Part shown: in pieces, positions 18,865-28,780 of the stretch | Layout: the number at the start of each line of letters is the position of its first letter | Numbering within the stretch: the stretch's first letter is position 1 | Translations under genes and position numbers: made by a program | Notes under the pieces: generated by a model | The model's database searches: none | What the model was told of the DNA's origin: nothing | Seen by the model: the letters and a program-made list of their open reading frames with translations, nothing else | NCBI GenBank assembly: GCA_963826245.1 | Contig: CAWGWM010000003.1 | Coordinates: 99,194-163,193, forward strand | Length of the DNA stretch: 64,000 bases | DNA from: an uncultured Thermoleophilia bacterium | GTDB taxonomy: Bacteria; Actinomycetota; Thermoleophilia; Gaiellales; Gaiellaceae | Direction: 5' to 3'

Positions 18865-21516
18865 ATGGCGCCAGAGACCCCCGACAGCGATCCCGTCGAG
18901 ACCCGGGAGTGGCTCGACTCCGTCGACGCGGTCGTCGAGTCGGAAGGCCGGGAGCGCATGGGGTTCCTCCTCGATCAGGCGATCGACCACGCACAGGAGT
19001 ACGGGGTCAAAGTCTCGGCGGGGTTGAGCACGCCGTACGTCAACACGATTCGCGTCGACGAGGAGCCGGCGCTTCCCGGAGACCCCGACCTCGAGGCGCT
19101 CGCGACCGCCCTCGTCCGCTGGAACGCGATCGCGATCGTGCTGCAGGCGAACGCGGAATCGACCGAGCTCGGCGGGCATATCGCGAGCTATCAGTCTGCC
19201 GAGACGCTCTACGAGGTCGGGTTCAACCACTTCTGGCGTGCGCGGTCCGACGATCACGGGGGCGATCTCGTCTACATGCAGGGTCACTCCTCGCCGGGGA
19301 TCTATGCGCGTGCGTACCTCGAGGGACGGCTGAGCGAGGAGCAACTCCACCGCTTCCGCCGTGAGGTCGACGGCGATGGCCTCTCCTCGTACCCGCATCC
19401 CTGGCTGATGCCGGAGTTCTGGCAGTTCCCGACGGTCTCGATGGGCCTCGGCCCCCTGATGGCCATCTACCAGGCGCGGTTCATGAAGTATCTCGCAGCC
19501 CGTGGCGTCGTCGATCCCGGCGACCGCAAGGTGTGGGCCTTCATGGGCGACGGTGAGATGGACGAGCCGGAGTCGATGGGCGCGATCTCGCTCGCCGGTC
19601 GCGAGAAGCTCGACAACCTCGTCTTCGTGATCAACTGCAACCTGCAGCGGCTCGACGGCCCCGTGCGCGGCAACGGGAAGATCATCCAGGAGCTCGAGAC
19701 CAACTTCACGGGCGCCGGCTGGAACGTGATCAAGGTGATCTGGGGCTCCAGCTGGGATCCGTTGCTCGAGGCCGACACCGAGGGATGGCTCCACTTCCGC
19801 ATGGAGGAGGCCGTCGACGGCGAGTACCAGAGCTTCAAGTCGAAGGACGGTGCCTACGTGCGCGAGCACTTCTTCGGCAAGTACCCGGAGACGCGCGCGA
19901 TGGTCGAGGACTGGACGGACGAGCAGATCTGGGGGCTTCGCCGCGGTGGGCACGACCCCCAGAAGGTGTATGCCGCGTACGCGCGCGCGATGCAGGCGAA
20001 CGGCCAGCCGACGGTGATCCTCGCGAAGACGATCAAGGGCTACGGCATGGGCGAGGCGGGTGAGGGGCGCAACATCACCCACCAGCAGAAGGCCATGAAC
20101 GAGGAGGCCCGGCTCGCGATCCGCGACCGGCTCGGCCTCCCTCTCACCGACGAACAGGCGACCGGAGCGTTCTTCCACCGGCCGCCCGAGGACAGCCCGG
20201 AGCTGCGCTACCTTCTCGAGCGCCGCGCCGTGCTCGGCGGCAGCCTGCCCGCCCGCCATACCGACGCGCAGCCACTGCCGACGCCGGGGCCGGTCGAGAC
20301 CGTGCTCGAGGGCAGCGGCGAGCGCGAGAATTCGACGACGATGGCCTTCGTTCGGATCCTCAACACGCTCGTGCGTGATCCCGCGATCGGTGAGCGGGTG
20401 GTGCCGATCGTCCCCGACGAGTCACGCACGTTCGGGATGGAAGGCATGTTTCGCCAGCTCGGCATCTTCTCGCAGGTCGGGCAGCTCTACCAGCCCGAGG
20501 ACTCCGAGGACTTCATGTTCTACCGCGAGGACGAGCACGGCCAGATCCTGCAGGAGGGGATCAACGAGGCCGGGGCGTTCTCGTCCTGGATCGCGGCCGC
20601 GACCTCGTACGCGAACCACGGTGTCACGATGGTGCCCTTCTACATCTTCTACTCGATGTTCGGGTTCCAGCGGATCGGCGATCTCGCGTGGGCGGCCGGC
20701 GACAGTCGTGCGCGCGGCTTCCTGATCGGCGCGACGGCCGGTCGGACGACGCTCAACGGCGAGGGGCTCCAGCACGAGGACGGGCATTCGCACCTCCTCG
20801 CGTCCGTCGTTCCGAATTGCCGCGCCTACGACCCCACGTACGGCTACGAGCTCGCGGTGATCGTGCGCGACGGGCTGCGGCGCATGTGCGAGGAGCAGGA
20901 AGACGTCTTCTACTACCTGACCGTGATGAACGAGAACTACGTCCAGCCGGCGCTGCCCGAGGGCGCCGAGGAGGGCATCCTGCGGGGTATCTACCTCCTC
21001 CGGGAAGGTGCCGGCGACGGCCCGCGGGTGCAGCTGCTCGGCTCGGGGACGATCCTGCGCGAAGTGATCGCCGGTGCCGATCTGCTCGAGGCAGACTTCG
21101 GCATCGCCGCGGACATCTGGAGCGTGACCAGCTTCACGGAGCTCCGGCGCGACGGGCTCGAGGTCGAGCGCTGGAATCGGCTCCATCCGACCGAGGAGCA
21201 GACGCTCCCGTTCGTGGAGGAGGCATTCGCCGGTCGGGAGGGGCCGTACGTCGCAGCCACCGACTACCTCCGTTCCTTCGCCGACCAGATTCGCCCATTC
21301 GTGAAGGGGCGCTACTCGGTGCTCGGCACCGACGGCTTCGGGCGGAGCGACTACCGCGTCAAGCTGCGGCAGTTCTTCGAGGTCGACCGGTTCCACGTCG
21401 CGGTGGCGGCGCTGAAGGGTCTCGCCGACGACGGTGTGATCGCGCCGATGATCGTGCAGGGCGCCATCGAGCGCTACGGGATCGACACCGACTCCGACGC
21501 TCCCTGGCATCGCTAG
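18865..21516 (+). CDS. aceE: Pyruvate dehydrogenase E1 component (homodimeric type)
   Basis: DSDPVETREWL, GGHIASYQS, TPP motif GDGEMDE...NCNLQRLDG, TTLNGEGLQHEDG and LGTDGFGRSD. Confidence 0.97.
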   Translation: MAPETPDSDPVETREWLDSVDAVVESEGRERMGFLLDQAIDHAQEYGVKVSAGLSTPYVNTIRVDEEPALPGDPDLEALATALVRWNAIAIVLQANAESTELGGHIASYQSAETLYEVGFNHFWRARSDDHGGDLVYMQGHSSPGIYARAYLEGRLSEEQLHRFRREVDGDGLSSYPHPWLMPEFWQFPTVSMGLGPLMAIYQARFMKYLAARGVVDPGDRKVWAFMGDGEMDEPESMGAISLAGREKLDNLVFVINCNLQRLDGPVRGNGKIIQELETNFTGAGWNVIKVIWGSSWDPLLEADTEGWLHFRMEEAVDGEYQSFKSKDGAYVREHFFGKYPETRAMVEDWTDEQIWGLRRGGHDPQKVYAAYARAMQANGQPTVILAKTIKGYGMGEAGEGRNITHQQKAMNEEARLAIRDRLGLPLTDEQATGAFFHRPPEDSPELRYLLERRAVLGGSLPARHTDAQPLPTPGPVETVLEGSGERENSTTMAFVRILNTLVRDPAIGERVVPIVPDESRTFGMEGMFRQLGIFSQVGQLYQPEDSEDFMFYREDEHGQILQEGINEAGAFSSWIAAATSYANHGVTMVPFYIFYSMFGFQRIGDLAWAAGDSRARGFLIGATAGRTTLNGEGLQHEDGHSHLLASVVPNCRAYDPTYGYELAVIVRDGLRRMCEEQEDVFYYLTVMNENYVQPALPEGAEEGILRGIYLLREGAGDGPRVQLLGSGTILREVIAGADLLEADFGIAADIWSVTSFTELRRDGLEVERWNRLHPTEEQTLPFVEEAFAGREGPYVAATDYLRSFADQIRPFVKGRYSVLGTDGFGRSDYRVKLRQFFEVDRFHVAVAALKGLADDGVIAPMIVQGAIERYGIDTDSDAPWHR

Positions 21517-21680
21517 CACGCGTCGCGCGTCGGCCGTCCGTGCCGGAACTGTGCCGATCGTTGCACACAGCCGCTTGAAACAGCGGTTCCTGTCGCAGCT
21601 GTCCCCGAGGGACACTAGCGGCCGATCGGCGTTCGTCGTACTTCTTCCGGTCTATCAACCATGACCGAAGGAGGATGGAT

Positions 21681-22599
21681 GTGACCAGGCAGATGATGGC
21701 CGTCGCCGGCGCCGTGATGGTGGCCTTCGCGGGCGTCGTTGCGTACGCGACTGCAGCGGGCGACACGCCGACCAAGATCGAGGCGTGCCGGAACCTCCGG
21801 CACGGCCTCGTCCGCATCGTGCTCGACTCGAGCGGCTGTAAGAGCAACGAGGTCCCGCTCGCGTGGGACATGCAGGGCACGCCGGGCCTGGCCGGCCCGG
21901 AAGGGCCGGAAGGTCCGGCCGGGACCCGCCGGGCCTGCGGGGCCGAAGGGCGAGCCCGGTGGGGGTCTCGTCTCGGTCGATGCGCTCGACGGCACGGCCT
22001 GTACGACGTTCGACGGCGAGCCGGGCCAGATCGACGTCGGCTCGACGGCGACGGATCTGATCACGCTGACCTGTGAGACCGGCGGCACGCCACCGCCGCC
22101 CACGGGTAGCTCCCGGCTCGTCATCAACGAGGTCGACTACGACCAGGTCGGCGCCGATACGGGTGGCTTCGTCGAGATCGAGAACACCGGCACGACGGCG
22201 GCATCGCTCGACGGCGTGGCCCTCGTGCTCGTCAACGGCGGAGACGGTGCCGAGTACTTGCGCAAGGTGCTGACGGGCAGCCTCGCCGCAGGAGCGAGGT
22301 TCGTGATCGATGTCGACCCGCAGAACGGCGCACCCGACGGTCTCGCGCTCGTAGACACCGGCAAGGGCGTGTTGCTCGACGCGCTCAGCTACGAGGGCGC
22401 GATCACGGCAGCGACGGTCGGCTCGAAGGTATTCGACCTCGTAGAGGGGGCGATGCTCCCCGTCGACGTCGTCGACTCGAACACCGTCGACGGGTCGCTC
22501 GCCCGGATTCCGGACGGGAAGGACACCGACGACGCAGCCTCGGACTGGGCCTTCACGACGACGCCGACGCCCGGCGCGGCGAACGTGAAGACGCCGTGA
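21681..22599 (+). CDS. Secreted collagen-like repeat / lamin-tail-domain protein; +1 frameshift near 21924
   Basis: Signal peptide, then a G-X-Y run (GLAGPEGPEGPAG|PAGPAGPKGEPG), then LVINEVDYDQ...FVEIEN...SLARIPDGKDTD...PTPGAAN (lamin tail). An AAGGAGG RBS precedes GTG 21681. Confidence 0.8.
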
Positions 22600-22617
22600 G
22601 TCGGACCGCGTGACGCG

Positions 22618-22653
22618 GGCCGGGGTGGGGCCGTTCGCGGCCTCACCCCGGCC
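22618..22653. terminator. Hairpin between convergent genes
   Basis: Inverted repeat GGCCGGGGTG-GGGCC...GGCC-T-CACCCCGGCC. Confidence 0.55.
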
Positions 22654-22670
22654 GTCTCGCGGCGTGGCGG

Positions 22671-23749
22671 CTAGCGATTCCCCTTCAGCCGCATGTTCTC
22701 TCGTGCCTGCCTGGAGATCGCGACCCACTTCTTGCGGGCCGCGGCCGCCGCGCGCTTGTCGAGCTTCCGGTCGAGATGCTCGAGCTCGGCCTGGAGCTTG
22801 AGGTAGCTCTCCCAGCGCTCGGCGGAGAGCGTGCCGTCGTCGAGCGCGGCGTGCACCGCGCACCCAGGCTCGCGATCGTGAGCGCAGTCGGAGAACTTGC
22901 ACGATGCGAACAGCGTGGTGACGTCGTCGAACGCCTCGTCGATCCCCTCGTCGGCAACCCAGAGCTGGAGCTCGCGAATGCCGGGCGTGTCGATGACGAG
23001 CGCCCCACCGGGCAGCAGGATGAGCTCGCGGCGCGTGGTCGTGTGGCGGCCCTTGCCATCGTCGCGGATCTCCTGTGTCGCGAGGATCTCCTCGTCCGCG
23101 AGGGTGTTGACGAGCGTCGACTTGCCGACCCCCGACGAACCGAGGAGCACGGCCGTCAGGCCGGCCGCGAGCTGCGCTCTGACGTCGTCGAGGCCGACGC
23201 CGGTCTTGCTCGAGATCGGGATGACCGGCACGCCCCCGGCAATCGTCTCGACCTCTGTAACTGCCGTCTCGGGCGATTCGTGGAGGTCGGCCTTCGTCAG
23301 CACTATGACCGGTCGAGCTCCGCTCTCCCAGGCGAGGATCAGGTAGCGCTCGAGGCGTCGCAGGTTGAGATCCTCGTTCATCGAGGCAACGAGCAATGCG
23401 ACGTCGATGTTCGTCGCGAGCACCTGCTCCTCCGTTGCCTGCCACGCGGTCTTGCGGGAGAACTTCGTGAAGCGGGGCAACACCGCCGTGATCGTCCCTG
23501 AGCTGTCCTCGGGCCGAGGGGCGACGACCACCCAGTCGCCGACGACGGGAAGATCGGCCGTCGTGGCTCGGCCTCGTGGACGAGTCGGCGAGGGACGTCA
23601 CAGCGCAACTCGCCGTGGACGGTGAGCACGTCGTAGGCACCTCGATGTTGAACCGACACGCGTCCGGCGGAGACGCCTTCGTCGTCGGCGAACGGTTCGT
23701 AGAGCGTCTTCAGTCGGTCGTTCCAGCCGAGTGATTCGAGTTCGGGCAA
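22671..23749 (-). CDS. rsgA: Ribosome small subunit-dependent GTPase A; -1 frameshift near 23567
   Basis: Circularly permuted GTPase motifs LTKADL, GSSGVGKST, GRHTTT and DTPGIREL, plus zinc finger CKFSDCAHDREPGC. The N-terminus (LGW...GRVSVQHRGAY...VGDWV) lies in the adjacent frame. TTG start with a GGGAG RBS. Confidence 0.92.
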
Positions 23750-23779
23750 GCGATAACTCCCTTTCGTCCTCGGGTACAT

Positions 23780-23942
23780 GAAAGCGGCGCGCGGGACGGC
23801 GCGCCAGTCGACGAGGTCTGGTCGGGAGTTCGGAGGTGATCCGGGCTAGCCGACGGACCGCGCGACGCGGAAGGTGGAGGCAGTTCTGACAAGCATGAGA
23901 ACCTCCTTCGGTCGGGAACGATCCTCGAGCGAGAGAAGCGTA
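23780..23942 (-). promoter_or_regulatory. Putative leader-peptide transcriptional attenuator upstream of rsgA
   Basis: -10 TACGCT (23942-23937), AAGGAGG RBS, a 16-codon uORF and a GGCGCGC-CGUCCC-GCGCGCC hairpin followed by GCUUUC. A competing CGCGCGG segment lies inside the uORF. Confidence 0.55.
23846..23896 (-). CDS. Putative leader peptide MLVRTASTFRVARSVG
   Basis: Perfect AAGGAGG RBS 5 nt before the ATG at 23896, with TAG at 23848-23846. Confidence 0.55.
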   Translation of the reverse strand: MLVRTASTFRVARSVG

Positions 23943-23966
23943 TCGCAGATTCCGCTGCGGTACGAG

Positions 23967-25139
23967 CTACGGGCTGTCCGCCAGCACCGCTTCTGCGGCG
24001 CGGCGGCCCGAGCGGAGCGCGCCGTTCAGCGACGGATGCTCGCGATGGTCCCCGCACGCATAGAGACCGTCGGCGAGGCGAACCGGCTGCGTGACGAAGC
24101 CGCCGACCGGATAGGCGGGGAGCGCGCGTCGGATTCGATACGACCTCAGGTGGCGCCAGTCGCCCACCTGGGTGCCGAACCAGCCGCGAAGTTGCCTGTC
24201 GACTGCATCGAGATCGGGCTCGCGGGCGCCGAGGATCGTCACGGAGACGAGCGAGCGCCCTGCCGGGGCGTAGCCGGGCGCCGCCTCACTCGGCACGCAG
24301 AGGTTGTTGATCGGCCCACCCTCGCCGTTGACCACGAGCCATGGCCCCGGGACGGGGGTCGCGGGCGCGTCGTAGTAGATGCACGTGACGCCGTTCCAGC
24401 CGTGGGCCGGCTCGTCGACGATGCCCGCCGCTGCCAGGACGACCGCGTCGGCCCGGAGCTGCTCGCCTGTCTCGAGAGAGACGGCGTGTGGGCCGACCGC
24501 CGCCACCGACGTACCGGTGCGAACGTCGACCCCCTGGGCGAGTTGGCTCGCGATCGACCCCATGCCCCTCGCCGGAAGCGCCGCGGTTCCGTCGGCGAAC
24601 GCCTTCAGCACGAAGTCGAGGAACCGGCTGGACGTCGTCAGCTGCTGCTCGAGGAAGATGCCTCGGAGAAACGGTGCGAAGAAGCGCTCGGTCGTCGCGC
24701 GCGAGAGACCGGAGCGCCGGAGCGCGTCGGCCGTCGTGGTCTCGTCGCGCGACCCGCGCAGAAGCTTCAGGATCGCCGCGCCGTCGCGCACCCCGACGAC
24801 GCCACCGGCGAGTGCCCGAATGCTCCGGACCGGCGACTGGCGCGGATCGGCGAGTCGGCGGAATCGCCCGTCGGCTCGGATGATGGCTCCGCGCGAGAGC
24901 TCGCCGAGCTCGAGCCGCCCGTAGTCGAGCGCGGAGCGGGCTTCCGGATAGGCGGTGGGGAGGACCTGGAACCCGTGATCGAGGAGGAAGCCGTCGACGA
25001 CGTCGGTGCGCACCCGTCCCCCGACCGCGTGCGACCGCTCGAGCACGAGAGGAGCACGCCCCTCGGCGACGAGCGCACGGGCGCAGGCGAGACCGGCGAC
25101 CCCGCCACCGACGACGATGACATCGTGTTCGTCACTCAC
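23967..25139 (-). CDS. FAD-dependent oxidoreductase (amine oxidase / protoporphyrinogen oxidase-like)
   Basis: VIVVGGGVAGLACA, VGGRVRTD...LDHGFQVL and GLYACGDH...SLNGALRSGRRAA. Confidence 0.9.
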   Translation of the reverse strand: MSDEHDVIVVGGGVAGLACARALVAEGRAPLVLERSHAVGGRVRTDVVDGFLLDHGFQVLPTAYPEARSALDYGRLELGELSRGAIIRADGRFRRLADPRQSPVRSIRALAGGVVGVRDGAAILKLLRGSRDETTTADALRRSGLSRATTERFFAPFLRGIFLEQQLTTSSRFLDFVLKAFADGTAALPARGMGSIASQLAQGVDVRTGTSVAAVGPHAVSLETGEQLRADAVVLAAAGIVDEPAHGWNGVTCIYYDAPATPVPGPWLVVNGEGGPINNLCVPSEAAPGYAPAGRSLVSVTILGAREPDLDAVDRQLRGWFGTQVGDWRHLRSYRIRRALPAYPVGGFVTQPVRLADGLYACGDHREHPSLNGALRSGRRAAEAVLADSP

Positions 25140-25198
25140 GACCGCGAGCGTACCGCGGCACGCCTACTGCTGATGCAACATCGCGCGCGGCCCACCGC

Positions 25199-26092
25199 TC
25201 AGGATGAGCCCGAGAGAGCGTGCGCGAGAGCGGCGTCGAGATGGGGGTAGCCGAAGGAAAAGTCCGACCGCAGGAGTTTCGTCGGAACGACGTGTTGTCC
25301 CTCGAGGAGCATCGCGTTCCCCATCTCCCCGAACGCGAGCCTGATCGCGAGCGCGGGCGCCGGCATGATCGTCGGCCGGTGGAGCGCGTTTCCGAGCGCC
25401 TTCGTGAAGTCGGCGTTCGTTCCGGTCTCCGGCGCGGTGACGTTGACCGGCCCGTCGAGTGGTTGCTCGAGGGCGAAGAGGTACGCGGCAACCGCATCGT
25501 CGAGGGAGACCCAGCTCCACCATTGCTTCCCGCTGCCGACCCTTCCGCCGACCCCGAGCTTGAACGGGAGCAGCATGCGCTGCAACGCGCCACCGTTCTT
25601 CGCCAGGATCATTCCCTGCCGCAGGTGCACGACCCGGAGACCGGCGGCCCGCGCGGGCTCCGCGGCCGCCTCCCACTGCTCGACGACCTCTGCGAGAAAC
25701 CCCTCGCCGCGTGGCGCGCTCTCGTCGAGTTCCTCGGCGCCGCGGTTCCCGTAGTACCCCGTCGCCGAAGCGCAGAGGAGTATCGGCTTGCCCGGCAGCC
25801 CGGCCGCCGTCTCGGCGATCAGGCGCGTACCCTCGACGCGCGACTCGAGGACTCGCCGCCGGACAGACTCGCTCCAGCGCTGCCCGATGTTCTCGCCGGC
25901 GAGATGAACGATCGCGTCGACGTCCGCGAGCGCCTCCTGGTCGATCGTGCCGGCGGCGATGTCCCACTGCGCTTCGCCCGGCCCGGCGGGGGCGCGGCGC
26001 ACGAGACGGACGAGATCGTGGCCTGCATCTGCGAGCGCGGAGGTGAGCGCCGTTCCGATCAGGCCCGTCGATCCCGTGAGAGCGATCCTCAT
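25199..26092 (-). CDS. TIGR01777-family NAD-dependent epimerase (YfcH-like)
   Basis: MRIALTGSTGLIG, VHLAGENI, SATGYYG, GFLAEVVEQWE and GSGKQWWSWVSLDD. Confidence 0.93.
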   Translation of the reverse strand: MRIALTGSTGLIGTALTSALADAGHDLVRLVRRAPAGPGEAQWDIAAGTIDQEALADVDAIVHLAGENIGQRWSESVRRRVLESRVEGTRLIAETAAGLPGKPILLCASATGYYGNRGAEELDESAPRGEGFLAEVVEQWEAAAEPARAAGLRVVHLRQGMILAKNGGALQRMLLPFKLGVGGRVGSGKQWWSWVSLDDAVAAYLFALEQPLDGPVNVTAPETGTNADFTKALGNALHRPTIMPAPALAIRLAFGEMGNAMLLEGQHVVPTKLLRSDFSFGYPHLDAALAHALSGSS

Positions 26093-26155
26093 GACCGGAA
26101 CATATACAAAACCTGGACCGCGGCGGCGTCGGGTGGGTCATGCGAAGATCGAAGC

Positions 26156-27031
26156 GTGGACGTCGAAGCGATCATCGAGCGCGTCTGGCCCGGGGAGCAC
26201 GCGAGCGCCGACGTGCTCGGCCGCGGCTTCACCCATCACAATTTCAGGGTCGACGTCGGAGGCGAGTCCTACGTCCTTCGCATCGCCGGGTCCGATGCGT
26301 CCCTCCTCGGAATCGACCGCCGCGTCGAGCACGAAGCGTCGCTCGCAGCCGCTGCCGTCGGAGTCGGCCCCGACGTCGTCGGATTCGTCGAGCCCGAGGG
26401 GTATCTCGTCACGCGCTTCATCGACGGCGAGATCGTTCCGGTCGAGCGCCTGCGAGAGACCGCTTCCATCGAGCGGGTCGCCAGAGCGCTCCGGGCAATC
26501 CACCGAGGGCCGTCGTTGTCCCGTCGGTTCAATGTCTTCAGGGTCGTCGAGGAGTACCGCTCGACCGCCTTCGCTCACGGCGCGGAGGTGCCGCCGGTCT
26601 ACGTCTGGGCGAGGCAGATGGCGCGTCGGGTCGAGCGAGCGCGTGGCGTCTTCGCCGAGCGGCCGTGTCACAACGACCTGCTCAACGACAACCTGCTCGA
26701 CGACGGCCGCAGGATCCGCATCGTCGATTGGGAGTACGCCGGCATGGGCGATGTCTTCTTCGACCTTGCGAGCTTCTCCACCAACCACGGGCTCGATCGT
26801 GAGGCACGGCGCTTACTGCTGGCCGCCTATGCCGGCGATGTGCGGGAGGGCGACGAGCGCGTGCTGGAGCTGATGCTGTTCATGTCGGACTTCCGCGACG
26901 CCATGTGGGGCGTCGTCCAGGGTGCGGTCTCCGACCTCGACTTCGACTTCGCGTCCTATGCGCACGAGCACTTCGAACGGCTCGAGGCGACCGTCGCCTC
27001 GCCCGCCTTCGTGGCAGCACTCGGCGACTAG
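26156..27031 (+). CDS. Choline/ethanolamine kinase-family phosphotransferase
   Basis: LGRGFTHHNFRV, YVLRIAG, PCHNDLLNDNLL and IRIVDWEYAGMGDVFFDL. Confidence 0.88.
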   Translation: MDVEAIIERVWPGEHASADVLGRGFTHHNFRVDVGGESYVLRIAGSDASLLGIDRRVEHEASLAAAAVGVGPDVVGFVEPEGYLVTRFIDGEIVPVERLRETASIERVARALRAIHRGPSLSRRFNVFRVVEEYRSTAFAHGAEVPPVYVWARQMARRVERARGVFAERPCHNDLLNDNLLDDGRRIRIVDWEYAGMGDVFFDLASFSTNHGLDREARRLLLAAYAGDVREGDERVLELMLFMSDFRDAMWGVVQGAVSDLDFDFASYAHEHFERLEATVASPAFVAALGD

Positions 27032-27056
27032 CACTCGAATCACGTCGATTCGGGCC

Positions 27057-27152
27057 CTAACGCGTCGGCCAGAGGACCGCGGCGACCGCGGCCGCCTCTG
27101 CGGCGAGGCTCAGCATCGCCACGATCTTGAGGACGTCGGAGCGCCGCTGCAT
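27057..27152 (-). CDS. Possible small membrane peptide (31 aa)
   Basis: MQRRSDVLKIVAMLSLAAEAAAVAAVLWPTR: a basic N-terminus plus one hydrophobic helix, in an otherwise empty intergenic gap. Confidence 0.35.
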   Translation of the reverse strand: MQRRSDVLKIVAMLSLAAEAAAVAAVLWPTR

Positions 27153-27273
27153 GGGGTCGGTATCGGCGTTTCGGCGCCTTGCCTTGAGGCCGGCAGCGGG
27201 TCAAACAGGCGGCCGGCCATTCGTTGCGCAACGGTCTAGACAATTACACTGCATCCGCAGTACGCTGAGTCGC

Positions 27274-28023
27274 ATGGATGGCATGGTCAATCTGGAGCCC
27301 GCTCGCGGATCAAAGCCGCTGCACACGACGATCGCGGATCAGCTCGCCGCTGCGATCGTCGACGGCCGCCTTGCCGCCGACACGCGCCTGCCGCCCGAGC
27401 GGCAACTTGCCGCGTCGCTCGGCGTCAGCCGGATGACTGTCCGGCAGGCGCTCGGGGAGCTCGAGCGCGCAGGGCTGCTGCGCCGCGTCGTCGGTCGCGC
27501 GGGAGGGACATTCGTCCGGGATGCGACGGACGCCGTGGTAGGCATGAGCGGGGTGTCTGTAGCACTGAGACGTCAGGGCGGGGCCGGGCACGCCGAGCTG
27601 GTCTCGGCCGAGGTCGAGCCGGCGGGGAAGCGGACGGCTGCGGCGCTCGGTCTCGCACGCAACGACCGCATCGTCGTCATCACGCGCCTCCGGCTTGCGG
27701 GCGGGAAGCCACTCGGCGTCGAGCGCTCCTCGCTTCCGGCGGCCCTGTTCCCCGATATCGAGGACATGTACCTCACCGGCTCCCTGTACGACCTGATGGA
27801 CGTCGGGTTCGGCCTACGACCCGTCCGCGCCGTCGAGCGCCTCGAGACTGCAGCAGCCCGACCGTCGGACTCCCGTACGATCGCCGCCAAGCGCGGCGTC
27901 CCCGTTCTCCTCGTCGAGCGCGTCGCCTACGCCGCCGACGGCACACCCGTCGAGTTCGCTCGTGATCGCTACCGCGGCGATCGCACATCCCTGATCGTCG
28001 AGTCGCTCCACCTCGGAGACTAG
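27274..28023 (+). CDS. GntR-family regulator with UTRA domain
   Basis: LPPERQLAASLGVSRMTVRQAL...GGTFV, with C-terminal VERVAYAADGTPVEFARDRYRGD. Confidence 0.93.
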   Translation: MDGMVNLEPARGSKPLHTTIADQLAAAIVDGRLAADTRLPPERQLAASLGVSRMTVRQALGELERAGLLRRVVGRAGGTFVRDATDAVVGMSGVSVALRRQGGAGHAELVSAEVEPAGKRTAAALGLARNDRIVVITRLRLAGGKPLGVERSSLPAALFPDIEDMYLTGSLYDLMDVGFGLRPVRAVERLETAAARPSDSRTIAAKRGVPVLLVERVAYAADGTPVEFARDRYRGDRTSLIVESLHLGD

Positions 28024-28053
28024 TGGCGCGTCCCACCCGTGGCGTTCGCGCGT

Positions 28054-28752
28054 CTACGGGTCGGGCGGGCGGAAAGCGACGAACGGGTCGGTGATTTCGA
28101 GCGACTGCTGTGCGAAGGAGAACTCGTCCGCGGGACGACCGCCGGTCCGTCCCGGGTCTCGGCGCCCGCCTGTCGGCGCGATCGCGCCTCGTCGGAGCAA
28201 CACGCGTTTCAGGTTGGTCGCGGAGACGTCATAGCCGAGCGCGGCCGCGTAGACGTCGCGCAACTCGGTCAGCGTGAAGGTGACGGGAGCGAGAGCGAAC
28301 CCGATGTTCGAGTACGAGAGCTTGCCCCGCAGGCGCTCGCGCGCCGAGTGGATGATCGCGCCGTGGTCAAAGGCGGTGGGAGGGAGGTCGTCGACCGGGT
28401 GCCAGCTCGTATCCTCCGGCACCGAGGGGTCGACTCCGAGCCGTACGAGACCGACGTACGCGGTGGCGATCTCCCACTCGACGGGATTCCGCCCGGGGTC
28501 TCCGTACGTTGCGACCTGCTCGAGGTGCGCGACCTCAGCCAGGTCGACCTTCGCAGCCAGATGCCGTCTGATCGATGCCTCGAGCGTCTCGTCGGCTGCG
28601 AGCACGCCGCCAGGCAGTGCCCAGGCACCGCTGAACGGGTCGAGTGCACGTTGCCACAGCAGAGCCTGGAGAACGCCGTCGCGGACCTGCATCACTGCGG
28701 CGAGGGTCGCCTGTGCCGGTCTGATATGCTCGCCCCGAGGTTTACGACTCAT
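28054..28752 (-). CDS. nrtR: NrtR-family Nudix-related transcriptional regulator
   Basis: Nudix-like WALPGG...HLEQVATYGDPGRNP, LAFDH-like TAFDHGAII, then LRGKLSYSNIGF...FTLTELRDVY...GRPA winged helix. Confidence 0.88.
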   Translation of the reverse strand: MSRKPRGEHIRPAQATLAAVMQVRDGVLQALLWQRALDPFSGAWALPGGVLAADETLEASIRRHLAAKVDLAEVAHLEQVATYGDPGRNPVEWEIATAYVGLVRLGVDPSVPEDTSWHPVDDLPPTAFDHGAIIHSARERLRGKLSYSNIGFALAPVTFTLTELRDVYAAALGYDVSATNLKRVLLRRGAIAPTGGRRDPGRTGGRPADEFSFAQQSLEITDPFVAFRPPDP

Positions 28753-28762
28753 AGACAAAAAC
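28740..28762. promoter_or_regulatory. Putative NrtR operator
   Basis: GTTTACGA-N7-ACAAAAAC, an imperfect AT-rich palindrome over the nrtR start codon. It resembles the actinobacterial NrtR box as I recall it (GTTTTCGA-N7-TCGAAAAC). Confidence 0.55.
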
Positions 28763-28780
28763 TAGCGAAAGGCTCGGACG

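Noticed and set aside
21540-21630. Hairpin cluster with a GAAA-containing loop resembling a c-di-GMP-I riboswitch
   Set aside because: It lacks the GGCAAA and GACGCAAAGC core. It could simply be the aceE terminator region.
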